The notes under the pieces were generated by a model. That model was given only the letters and a program-made list of their open reading frames with translations. It made no database searches and had not been told where the DNA came from. From NCBI GenBank assembly GCA_012295275.1, contig CM022670.1:22506001-22570000 (forward strand): a stretch of DNA of 64,000 nt, read 5' to 3'. Of this stretch, positions 41,388 through 54,628 are shown in pieces; the stretch's first letter is position 1; each line of letters begins with the position of its first letter. The translations under genes were made by a program, and so were the position numbers. This DNA comes from Chrysomallon squamiferum. Lineage: Eukaryota; Animalia; Mollusca.

Positions 41388-44300
41388 GCTGTTGTTGTTT
41401 GCTGTTGTTGTTGCTGTTTTTTGCTGTTGTTATAGTAAAAGTAACACATAAATCAAAACATTATAGCTATTTAATATTGATTTGATGAACGGCAGCTAAT
41501 CTGTAAAAGCAGTTTTTATATTGTTAATGACAAGACTGCGGAAATTCAGTTTATAATAATTATTATCAGTTACGTCTTTGGGAGAGACTAGGGGCTGTTA
41601 TAAAACTAAACAAAACAAAAAAATAAAAACTGCAATCTTCTTTTGAGTATTATTTATTTATTTATTCATTCGTTCGTTCGTTCATTTATTCAGTTAGTGA
41701 TATAATGTGTAGATATATCAAAACATTCTGTCATTTTGTGCTGGTGTTCATTATAACTTACAAAGTAAATTATTGTTTACGACCCGCCAGGGTAAGTACG
41801 AGAACTTTTCTTTATATTTCAAACAATACCTATGTTTATTAAACACACACGCGACTGTCTACATTGTTACAGTGTTTCTTTAACTGACTAATTAAACGGA
41901 CAGACAAACACAGCGATACTTAAAAAACAAAACGACATCTTAACACAGTAAAGTGTGCGGAGGGTGATGAAGGCTATCACACTGCAGAGTATTACGTTCA
42001 GAGATGAAAGCAGTAACATCACAAAAATGTCAAATAAATAAACCACTACTCTTGGTACACCATCAAACAGAATCAAACCCACCCTGAAGCTAACACTAAA
42101 GTAAAAGGTTTTCGCGTAGGCAGATTTATTGTCTGGCGTGGGTAAACTTACCTTTTACTTTTTTTTATTTTTATTGTTGTTATTGTTGTTGTGTTGTTGG
42201 TGTTTTTGTTGTTATTTTGTAATTGTTGTTAGTACTAACATCATCATCGTTTGTCTTATTATTGTTAATAGTAGTAGTGGTAGTAGGAGTAGTGTTTTAA
42301 ATTAATGCATTTTTACGTATTCTGCAATTTGAGCTGATCAAATTGCTTTTGGATGCAAAAGCAGATGTTCGCTGTCCCCTAAAACATACATGTAATTTGT
42401 AGAAGAAGTCAAAATACGTCCATCAGGTAAATCCAGGTATGTACACCCAGCACCTTCCCTTTCACCAACCTAATTTGCGTCATCTTTATAATGAAAGTTT
42501 TCTAGTGAAAATTATATCCCGCATAGTGATGTTGCACACCCATTTGAAATTTTGTATCTGTCTTGTGTCAGTTTGTGATTCTTCAACAAATTTTAAATGT
42601 AAAGAACGGCAAAAAAGAAACCTTGGAGTATGAAATGAAACATGAAGTTAGCTATTTTATATAAATTATATAAAAATAAACGGTTAAGAAATGCCTTTAA
42701 TCGATATGATGACACATGATTTTTTATTATTGTTGTTGTTGCCGTTGTTGTTCATGTGGTTGTTGTTGTTATTATTACCACAGGAAACAAATTAGAAGCC
42801 TATGATTAAAAGAGCGACACTCATATTAATCTTCGTCACGATAATGAAAATTAAAGTCATAAAACCTGTGCTATAATAATAATTGATAACAGTTTTATTA
42901 ATTTCTTATTAATTTTTATTCATAGGTCAGAATGAGAGAGGGGACCTTTGTGGTTAATGTTATTATTTAATACACAGTCTTAATATCCTACTGCTATAAT
43001 GATGAAATACCACGGTCATTTTGATTTGATGGAATGGACGAAATGACTCCCGTAAAACACACTTTATGATATCAGCATATCCATAAAAACTCTTCGTTAC
43101 CGCAAAGCTTTTTAGAGTAATTGTGTGAGATTGTTATCAAAGGCAGAGGTGCAGAAACAGATTCGATCGTAAATTCTTTATTTTTATTATTATTATATAT
43201 ATATATTTTTTAACCTATTTGTTATTTAAAAATATTTCTATATGGGAAAGCTTGTTTTAGCCACTGAACCTCACTCAGTAGATAATATTTAAATTTCATT
43301 ATACAGAATAAATGAAATTTATATAACTATGCCAAAACTTTTATACTGACAGGGATGTAAACGTAATCTGTTTAAGGGCTCGAACTCTCTGAAAATAAAT
43401 CACGAGTTATCACAAGCTCAGACATGAAAACTAATATCAAGTACAAAAGAAAAGTGTCAAATAGCTACACGAGCCATTCGTAAATAATCAGTTATAAGCA
43501 AATAGATATAATACGGTGGTGCGTGAATAAAATAGCAATAGTTGATACTAGTTCGTGAAGTATTAACTATGACGTTAGAGGTGTGATAGTACGAACTCAC
43601 GGGAACTCGGTCTGATAAGTATATTTGTCTTTACTTATGCTACAGTAAAACTACGTTTCTTCGATTTCTTCTTCTTCATATTAATAGTAGTAGTAGTAAT
43701 AGTAATACTAGTGGTAGTAGTAGTAGTAGTAGTAGTATTGTTGTTGGTTGTTGTTTTGTTATGTTCAAATTTAAAAGCTTAAAAATTATAATGAGATAAA
43801 AAGAAAACTTTAATGATTAAGAATTACGGAATTAGAAGTCATGTTAGATTTTTAAGTCATTATCTATATAAGATATAATATTATAACATATATAATAATC
43901 GACTTTGCTCCTAAATTCTTTTGACGGCCCAAATCATATAAGATAAAGTAAACATTAGGATCCAAGAAAAACTTCTGATTCTCACTTGTGATCGTGAAAT
44001 TAAACTTTTGCTTCTTCTTGAAATTTTTTCTTTTTTTTTCTTTTTTCTTTCTTAAATCCTATATCTGACATTCCTAAGTATATTTTCTTTCTCTGTCCTT
44101 TGCTGCAGCGGAACGGAGTTATCTGTTCACAGAAATGAATTAAATATTTTCCACAGGAACCTAATAATAATAATAATAATAATAAAGAAAAATAATAATA
44201 ATAATAATAATAAAGAAAACTGGCAATGCACATAACAAATCCTAAATTCAATTAATCTCAACACCCAAAAAGACAATGTTAACGGCAATCAATAATAAGC

Positions 44301-44403
44301 AGTTAAAATATAAAAATCATTTAGGTCATAAACGCAGCACCAGTGAATATGTGAATATAAATACTCAGTATTATTCAGTTATTATTTTAAAAAATGTAAA
44401 GCT

Positions 44404-44488
<85 letters not shown>

Positions 44489-44912
44489 GGATATTAAAGT
44501 CAGCTCCAGTACACAAAAGTAATTAATTTTTTTTTTTTTTTTTTTTTAAATGACAAAAACATGTATTCAGTGTCCCAAAACATGACATTCCTGTTCCATG
44601 GAAATCAGCTAAGGTTAACTGCATGGCTTAACTTAAATTAGCTCATCCATGTCAACAGGGTAAAAATCGAAAACAGTCATCATTAATGTTACGAGTTTGT
44701 GCTCGTGATCTGCCGACCGGTTAGTCACACGCCGTAACGCTCTGCCGACTCTAGTTGCACTGGAACCAGACGTCTTTCCAAAGCTTCCCGCCTTAAACCG
44801 ACGTTGTTTCAATTATCATAAATATTGAACATTACCATGGCAACAGCCTTCTGACTAAGTTCACGTCAACGCGTGGATTCCCACTCTTGTTTTCATTCTG
44901 TCGTCATTCCAG

Positions 44913-44936
44913 CATGGAGGGGGACACAGAGGAACG
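44913..44936 (+). CDS. CaaX gene: 24-nt microexon (MEGDTEE-R), possibly also the end of a proximal first exon
   Basis: Acceptor ttgttttcattctgtcgtcattccAG, donor CG|GTAAGG. Purine-rich, phase 2-2, contains cagcATGG at 44914. Confidence 0.7.
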
Positions 44937-46049
44937 GTAAGGCTTTTTCAACGATATTTTTTTTAATGCGATTAATCATGGCAGCTTCTTTGTCGCATCT
45001 TGCAATCGCCATTTTGTTACAGCACCCGGATGAAAACTGTTAAATTGTAAATACGACAAACGGCACCTCGCACGCTGTAAGTAGAATGTAATGTCGGCGT
45101 TTTGAAACCACACGACGCGCCGGCGGTCGATATCGCAGTATTGTCCTCCACTGGTTCACCTGAGATTTTATATTTTATTGTCATGTTTGAGAAAAAAAAA
45201 CAAAGACAATAAACAGTTTCATGCACACAAAAAGAATTGACCGATGTGAACATTGCACGACAGTAAAACCAAATACGAACACCGTTCTAATTTCAGTATC
45301 GTTTTTATGAATTGATGTTAAATATTAATAACCATTATCTAGGTAACAAAGAACATGGTTTCGGTCACCCATCAGTGAAAACGGAAATGCTGGTAAAATA
45401 GGCACGACAACTGTTTATTAGTAATCGCCCTTGACCATCTCCTTTGTTGGGTCTTGGGATATGTCAAAGCACTTTCCACTAATTTTCTTTTATTTGTATT
45501 TGCATTCATCGGAAAACCATCTAATTAATTTTTCTTCACACAACCCAATTCTGATCGTGTGCTGCAGAGACTAATCGGGAGATGAAGAAATAAATAAACT
45601 GAAAAATCACTTGTCCTAGAATTTGGGTCAGTGTTACTGAACAGATAACTCGACCTCCGAGGTCAGGATTGGCAATGCACACGGCTGTGTAAACAGACAA
45701 GCCAGTAGTTGTGTCCAATAAAACACAGTTTCTAACAGTGGTCAGTTTGAATTGTACTTTGTATTGACAGATGGTGTTTCCCTGTCAGTTTGACACAGAG
45801 AAAGTCGGTGGCTTTTTTGCGGATTAGTTTTAACCAACAGGGTATTGAATTAATGCATGTGAATTCGGGTCGTTCAGTAGATTTCAAACAACATGTAGAA
45901 TACATGGATAGATAATAAATTATTTGTTAATCCGACTATTGTTTGTTGTACGTGGAATTTTATCGGAATTTTTTGAGCTCATATTGTTTATTGTAGCCTA
46001 GTGTAAGTATATCGAGCATAGCACGATGTCATTTCCCTAGCCTTTCCTA

Positions 46050-46099
<50 letters not shown>

Positions 46100-49000
46100 A
46101 AAATATATTTTAGCAGGATTTATCTGTAAGCAAACGGTAGCTGTTGATTCGTGTCTGTGGGTTATTTCTTGTAGTGCCTCGTCTTTGTTACCAACTGTTT
46201 TGTTTCTTTTCCTTTTGAAACTATCATATAAAAGATTCCTTGTTGCTGATCAATATGAATAGCCAGTTCAGTGCGGTAGATTTTTTTTTTTTTTTTTTAT
46301 ATATATATATTTTTTTATTAATGTTAGAAGTAATAAAATCTGCGAGATGTCGTAGAACGAATGTTAATAACCTAAAGTTACTGATGTTTTTGTATAGCGA
46401 ATACTCCTTACTATTAGTCGAAATAAAATAAAATATGAATATTTTAACTTCATGGCGATTATGCTGATGAAATATACAAAATAAATATTTTTTCTTCTTT
46501 TTTCCTTCATATTATTTTAACGATAAAAAAGAAGAATACAAAATACAATATTGAATGTATTTTTAATTAAGTTAGGTAATAAATTATTTATTTTCTTTCT
46601 CTCTCCAAATATCAGATAAACAATAAGTGCAATAAATACATTTAATACAATCCAAGAAAACGATGTTAAAATAAGAACATTTGTCTTGCGAAAGATTTCA
46701 GTTAAGCCTTTGATTCATTCATTATAGTGAAGTTTTGTGTTAGTTAATAACTAGTTTAATACATCTGTAATAAAATATTTTCAGAAAGGTCAATGTAAAA
46801 TTTCTTATTTGACTCAGTACGATGACTGTCGCCAAGCATTTGTCAACCACTTTGTTATAACAAGCAATTATTTGTTTTTGTAATTCAAGAGTGGAAACTC
46901 CCATAACAATCTTCCAGTTTGGAATTCTTTTTATTTGATAATACCAGTTTAACAAGCAGCCAGACATTTTGTTGCACAACAAATGTGATTTTTACATTAT
47001 ATTGTTAGCTACAAACATCAACTACTGAACATTCAGAAGCTGTGGCAAATTTATTTTCCTCTTAAAAATGACGAAAGTGGACAGATAAATAAATTGCCTT
47101 TCTATCCTATTGTCTATGAAATATTTAAAGCTGTCATAAGTAACTGTCCAAGCAGATCTAATGTATCAAAGAAAAAAGCCACAGACTCTTTTTGCACCAA
47201 CAAAAATAACTTAGACCATCGAAATAGAAATGTTACACGGTGGTTTTATTGGATTGTCTCATTGAAAGTGAATTCTGTTATTCTCATCGATTATGCCGCG
47301 GTGAACTGGTTCATATCCTTCTGATCAGATCGACTTCTAACTGCGTGGAATATTTTTTTTTTCTCTGCTATGTCAGCTATCACATAAAGATAAGTTAATT
47401 ACAATGCAGCAGCGCTTAGTATTCAGAATCTTGTAACTCAAACTGTGTAATGAAACCATACCAGGGAACTCCAATCTTGGAGTTAATAGTTACGTTGAAT
47501 TCAGATAGCATACATTTTTTTTTTATCGTGAGACCCATAAATCTTGAACACGTCCCATTAAAATATTACAATTATGGATCCTGTTTCGAGAAGAATCATG
47601 AATTTGATGCCATAAATTACTGTTCAAACGATATCATGGAGTTGTCACATTAGTCAAGCTTTATGTGAACTAACTGCAAGATTCGCGATGGGATAGTTTC
47701 AAGATTAATGTACGACAAGTCCAATAATGTAACAATCACTGCTTCTTCAATTACTTCAAAGGTTTTCTTATTAGCATTGTAAAAGATAATCACTTCAACG
47801 CCAAAACATCGATTATCTGTTATACGTGATTTCTGTAATGCTTTACTTCAGTGAATCAGAGCACCAGGTTTTATTTTTTATGTATATTGTATAATTATAT
47901 GCATTTTTTAAAATTATTTATTTAGATTTATTATTTTTAAGGAAGAGAATGCATTTTGAGCAGCTGTCGTTGATATGCAATCTGCATTCCAGGTTTAAGC
48001 CAAATTACAACTGAGTAAACATCGATTTGTTTTAATTAAAAAGCCAGTTGTAAAATCAACGTTTGGTAATATTGTGAGCTAACGGTTGTTCGCTCCTAGA
48101 CTGGTTTATTATAAACGCACCACAGGACACATTTAATATTAGTATCAGTTAACATAATGTGACCGAAAAAACAGTACTTTTTTTATAGACAGTTTCGTAT
48201 TTAAGTCTTAAGTTTACACGAATAAAATATATTTTTCACAGTTCTGGGAAACACTCGTTTTGTTTTCTTCATATTTCTTTATTAATAACAAAGACAAATA
48301 TGAAAGGTCATTTTGCATTAATATCCATCGTTATTAGTTTTAAATCGGATCTTTCTGCAAGATAATGCGATTACTTACTATTTGTAACTCTAAACTTCTG
48401 GTATTAATCTTGAAAGGTTAAATTATTTCGGATTTGGTTTTAAGTCAGCGAACACTAATTAAATAATAAATACCTTCCATATTTATTTTACTTGATTTAT
48501 TTTCTTCATCTTTTCCCCCACTCTTGTGTTTTACGTTATTCTCTTTTTCTCCTGCATCATCATGCTATTTTTCTTAATTAACTTTCTATAATCTGAACTT
48601 CATAATTAAGACATTAACATAAAAGTAGTCATTGTTAGTTATGTTTAATAAATAAATAAATAAATTTAAAATAAAAACTATTTACACTACTGTAAACAAG
48701 TAAAAGTACATCAACAGCATTCAGTATGTTCTGTTACTGTAAAGCACGGTTAAGCACCTTCAACGATTCTGGTTAGAGAAAAGATTGATGGGCCAACGAT
48801 AATATTCCTTGCTGCCATACATAGGCTTCGTTGAATAATCATCTGATTGAAAAATATTGCTGAGATTACAAAAACTGACATAAGATAATATATTGCTGAG
48901 ACATTTGTAAAACTAGATCTAACTACTGGATTAGTCAGGTTGATGATATTTAAATGAAAACATGTAAATTGGCACTTTTTTTTTTCCCCCCCTTTTTTTT

Positions 49001-51902
49001 GTTTGTTTTAAAGGTCATGATATAATGTTATGGATTTTAATATATTCCTTTTCAAAAAGAGTTTTAGTTTCAAAAATACGTTTTTTTTATTTCAATTGCC
49101 AAGAATATTCTTCATTCTTCTTTTTGCGTTGGAAAATCACGTTTTTGTGTTATTTTATTTTTTAATTATTATTTTATAATATCTAAATCTGATTAGTTAA
49201 TATTATTAACGTTAGACCTTTTTTTTTTTTTTAAATTTATTATTAAAATAAGAACAATATTTTAACGATCTGTTTCATTAATATTCTCAAAATGTTCTAT
49301 TATTAAGTGTTTACAACCTCTTGCATTCGGTTTTAAATGTCACCGGCCTTAAACTGTTTTAAATAAGCAGAGCACAAGCAAGAAGGGTGAACGAGTAGAA
49401 TAGATCCATTTTGTTCTGGGGATATTCGTCTGATACTGTCATCGACAGTAGTTAATTAACACGTACGACTATAGAAGGTCTTAATTTCCAAATATTTATT
49501 AAATTTACGGTAAATGTTGTTTTTAAATGTATCATACAATAAATAAATAAATAAATAATATATGAAATTTCGTAAATTTACTGAATCCTGCCGCACGCCC
49601 ACGCCCCCAGCAAAAAAAAAAAAAAAACACAAAAAAAAACACAAAAAACATGCGATAACAGTTGTCAATTCTCTTTACTAAACTGACTCATGCGAACCAT
49701 CACAGGCAAGACCGTTGTTTATTTATAGTGAGTGAGTGGGTAGTTCAGCGCTGGTTACAATATGTTACAAATTAAAATGACACAAACAATAACCTTTTGA
49801 ACGCAGAGAAATTATTTTATTAATAATTAATTTGGTCAGCGTCTAAATATAGTAGTATTGGGTGAAATTAAACAACTAACGAAAACGCCAAACACGAAAC
49901 TAAGGGGACAGATCTCTAAATCATTTTATAAAACAATGAACGACAATTGTACGCAACTAAATCGGCCTCATTTCAGTTAGAAGTGTGAAATGAAAATAAG
50001 AGGGCAGATGATCGTGGATTCCTTTGCTTCCAAATTATCCGGTTAACCGATCGTAACTGTGTAATTTACCCACATCATAGTAGAAGATGTGATCCTGATT
50101 GTGAATTTTATTTGTAGAAAAGTGCAAAAACCCTGTCAGCACCATGATATATGTGATCATGACAGCACTGTAATATTCCTCAGGACTCATCTGGGTTACG
50201 ACGACCTTTTGAAACTGCGATCAATATCCTAACAGCAGTTTGTCTGGTTCGCGCAATGTCTGTTCTAATGACACGAATAGCGCTTGACATTCGCCGCAAG
50301 TACAGTACGCCTCGTGGTCTAGCAAACTACAAACACTATTCTCTTATCAACACACATGCAGACGAAACGAAGTATCTATTTTATTGTTTCAACAAACATA
50401 AGTTATCTAGTTTCCTTGCAAAAATATTGTTTTTGGGGTGTGTTTTTTTTTAGCAAGCTCCGACCCCGCCTATATTCATATAAAGTATGTTGTAATTCGC
50501 TTTTCCTCATCAAATGCTTTAAAGAATGACCTAAACGATTTTTTTTATAGTTCTGTTTTTCCTACTAGTATTTCTTGTTAAATATTAACATGATATTGTT
50601 TCTGTATCAGTAATAATTATTTGCAGATAAATGAAATTAGTCCTACTACACAGGCACATATGCTGATTAGTGTATGATTTATAACATCGGCACCAGGTAC
50701 GTCCGAGGTACACAAACAGTCTGTGCAACAGGTCTTTGTTCCGTTATTTATTTTAATAAAATTGTGTAACATATTGAGATATTGGTCTATTTAAGGCAGT
50801 CTAGTTTATAATCGATCCTCTCTAGATCTCATTTATTAACTTGCAGTGAAACTGAAAGCCTATTACTGTACTGTATGTACTGCACTGAAAATATCTGGTG
50901 CATTAATAAACGTCTTGGTCGTCTGACAGCCACGTGCAATTTCTTTTTTTCTTTTTCTTTTTTTAAATGCATGCTGCTTCCTGGTGATTCACGATGAATC
51001 GACACCGAAATCGATTTAACATCATCAATAACTTAGTAGATGGTAAATCAGATTGCGTCTGTTTCATTATCATAGCCATATGTCATTTCCGTGTCACTGA
51101 CTGACTGTTTTCCATTAAATGTCACTTTAAAATACAAACATGAAGAAAACAAATTTAAAACATAATTTCAAATTATTTTTCTTTTTCAAATGAAGTATTG
51201 CGAAAACATGCCTCGTTTAAAATCAATAAAGTTCGGGCGTGGTTGCAATTTATAACATACGCTCACGCATGCACACACATGTAATAATAGCCAGCCGTTA
51301 GCAGGCAACACATAATATTATTTTTCTTTGTTTAATTTAAATTTGTCAAATTACGGCCAACAGTATATTAATTTTAAAGGCTAGTTAGATACCAACGATG
51401 GAAACGTAGAAAAGCATTGTCATTAATGGATTATAGTTACAAATTAAATAAAAAAACAAAATATTATTTCTAGAGGGTTTATTTCGTATGAAATGGCGGC
51501 AGATACAAAGCTAAACGTCAGTATAATATTATTCGATGAAGTTTAATAACCATGTTCAGAGAATAGAAAAGAAGTAAATTATAATTTTCAATAATAACAG
51601 GATTAGAAAGAAATAACTATAACAAAAAATGTGCTAGCCGTTGTATTTTCTTGTTAAATCTTCATAGTTTAATATTATTGTAATTTTTATTCGAATAAAA
51701 GCATGAAAGAAACACGGTGACATATTTTTTCTTTGTTTTTCTTTATTTATTAAAGGATTGATACAAATGGTTGTTGATAAACTTAAATGTATTTGATGCA
51801 TTGGCATCATGGTGATGTTGTTAGCTATTGTAATAGTTTTAGTAACAAATCTGATTTTACTAAATTTATTATTATTATTATTATTATTATTTCTTCTTTC
51901 AG

Positions 51903-52374
51903 CATGGAAAGTCGGGACAATCCTTTTCTTCCTGGAGGTGAACTAAGCAAGGAAGCAGACGAGCTTCTTAAGCGAGCCACGATAATTCGAGATCAGTTCC
52001 TGCTGGAGGAAGAGGCCAAGCGCAAAATTTTGGAGGAGGAGAAGAATAAACAGGAACAAGAATTCGAGGAGGCTCTGCGAGAAACGATTTTAAATTCAGT
52101 GAACAGTGCCACATCTGACGGTGCTGTTCCCACGGCTGATCCGGAGCCCATCAAAGAAGACAGCATAGCGCCTGCATCGACTGCGACAACGGCAGCAGAG
52201 CCTAGGTTAAAGGAGAATGGGAGTAAACCCGGTGAAGGAACCTCTCCTGAATCGGTCCGAGTAGAAATTCCAAAGGACAATGAAAAAGGGTCACCCACGG
52301 GTGACAGAAATGTGCCAGACAATGAAGAAACGCAAAAGGACAAAAAGAAACGCAAATGTTGCACAATAATGTGA
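51903..52374 (+). CDS. CaaX gene: common terminal coding exon; 156 aa from MESRDNPF to KDKKKRKCCTIM*, uncharacterised paralemmin-like membrane-anchored protein
   Basis: Acceptor ttcttctttcAG|C ATG (phase 2). Long GC-rich ORF with a charged helical segment, an acidic/Pro-rich disordered linker, a polybasic tract and CC-TIM CaaX box, then TGA. Confidence 0.9.
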
Positions 52375-53905
52375 AAAATAATAGTTCATCTCACGATTTC
52401 TTTTCATTTCATTACAGAAAGTTAAGTAAACAAAAAAAAAAAAAAAAAAAAAAAGGAACCACGAGAAGCAACTAAGAGCACACGCTTGTACTTTCTCGGT
52501 GGTCTTTGGCTGTTGTGAGATTTTGTTTTTTACTTCATTACGGATGGTTATGTTAAAGAGCGAAGAGGGAGACGGAAAGCTACTCATAATGGAAAAAAAG
52601 AAGAAAAGAAAATATTGTTAGAGCATGCGCTTGTCTTGACAGAGCGCTTCTTAGCTGATTTGTGAGAGGTGCTATTGTCAGTTGTCGATTATTCCTGTTG
52701 TTATGCGATATAATGATTATATCATCTTATTTGCTTTTAATATTTTGTTAATGTATTGCTTGATTACGTCACTCAGTGCTGAATCTTGTGTTTGCTAAGA
52801 TATTCGTGACCAGAAGGACAGTATCTCCACAAGAGTCAACAATCCAACACTCGGCATAATTATTAAAAGCATTTTAATACGTTATTCTGGTAGGGACCGT
52901 TCGTTTCGGAAGTTAGCGGGTGTGAAAAGATCATAATACGGTTTTTGTGCTGATTCTGGAAAAAGTAAATTTAAAATGATTTCATCAAGCATGAGGAATA
53001 ATTTAAACTGCATGTGTACAATGGCAGCATTTCCTTGAACGGATTCATTACATGATGCAATTTGAAATCATTTCGGTTCTGTGAAGGGATTATACTATCT
53101 GTCATAATTAACGTCATGTTCCTCCTACTCACCCTCTTTTGGTTCTTTCTAAATATTTCACCTGATTTATTATTAAATATATATATATATATTTGTCAAT
53201 TCTGATGTTTCGTCGCTTCAAAATGTTTAAAAAAAAAAAAAAAAAAAAAAAATCTTCAAATAAAGAAAATTAATTATGTAAAATCAGAGTGGTGCTGAAG
53301 TATATTTTTTTTTTTCTTTCTTTTTTTTTTATTATCATTATTATTTTTTTTTACTTTTTTTTTTTTTTTTTCAATTTTTTAAATACTTGAAATGTGTGTA
53401 AGACCGATCATTAGAAATCATGATATTCCATGTCGATCATTTTTATATAAATTAACAGCTTATTTAAATTAGTGTAAGAAAAAATACAGAAATAAAAAAA
53501 TCAATGTTATAGTTGATCCCAGCAACATAATAATCATTTGTGATTTATTATTTATATAACATATTCAGCTAGTTCATTTGACTTTCATTAATAAATAATT
53601 AATATCAGTGTGGAAATTGTTTTATTTTTATTCAGCTTGGTTGAATAAGATAATGCAAAAGAAGAACAGGTTAGTGATTGTAACATAATGTCTGTTATTA
53701 CTTTGTTTTTATGAGTTTATTTTATTGTTTGAGTTTTTCTGTCGTTACAGGTATATCAAGGTATACCGTAAGTGGCAGTACGTATTATGAGAACAACAAA
53801 TTCAGATATACATTTTTATATATACTTTTTTAATTCAAAAAAGAATAATGAAAAAAAAGTGAATTTAAGATTCCAATGGCAGTTAGTCATCATTATTTCT
53901 GATTT

Positions 53906-53969
<64 letters not shown>

Positions 53970-54596
53970 TAAATATGTAAAATTTTAAATAGGTCTGTTA
54001 AAAAGAATATATTTTTTTTTTTTACTTTGTCCTTTTGCTTTCTCCTGATTGCATCTTTTTATGAAAATAAGTGAAATAGGTTTTTAATTTTAATTTATTT
54101 ATTTATTTATTTTTGTTTATGAATATTAATCAACATTATAATAAATTTCAAATAACTGAACGGAAAAATAATTTCTCTCTGTGAGTTTCACTTTGGATCG
54201 TTTTTTTCTTTATTTCTTTTTTTTTTTTTTTTTTTTTTTTTCAGTATACACAGATACGATATATAGCTAGATACGTTATCTGGATGAAATTTTTGATTCT
54301 ATATCTTTTTCCCTTTAAATTTATATTTAAATAAAAATTCCAAATAGTCAATCCCGTTGTAAAAATTCCTCCCTGTTTTTGAAATGACTTTTAAAAAAAA
54401 AAATTAATTATTATTTTTATTTACTTTTTATTATTATTATTATTATGTTGTTGGTTTTTTTTTGTTTGTTTTTGTTTTTAGTAAATTTTGGGTAACTGCG
54501 TGATTCGTTGATAAAAAATAGAATATTTAGTCTGCGCGTGTTCTTTTTTTTTTTTTTTTTTTTCTTCAGATTTTTGATAAATAAAGAGAAACGATT

Positions 54597-54628
<32 letters not shown>

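Noticed and set aside
41705-41797. 29-codon ORF ending at strong donor GG|GTAAGT
   Set aside because: Phase 0, AT-rich and not coding-like; does not fit the gene.
2790-46431. Many 60-126 aa ORFs with poly-L/I/F/T/V/C, SLSL or CVCV runs (e.g. 16237-16582, 18464-18760, 32990-33249, 38401-38781, 41243-41485)
   Set aside because: They are translations of microsatellites, with no splice-consistent or family evidence.
51787-51902. N-terminal 39 aa of the 195-aa ORF (poly-Ile, signal-like)
   Set aside because: Intronic (ATT)n plus pyrimidine tract ending in the AG acceptor at 51901-51902.
51993-52364. 123-aa minus-strand ORF
   Set aside because: Antisense shadow of the real coding exon.
52369-52385. 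Stop-codon readthrough that would mask the CaaX box
   Set aside because: Context is TGA-A, not the leaky TGA-C(TAG), and in-frame stops follow within a few codons.
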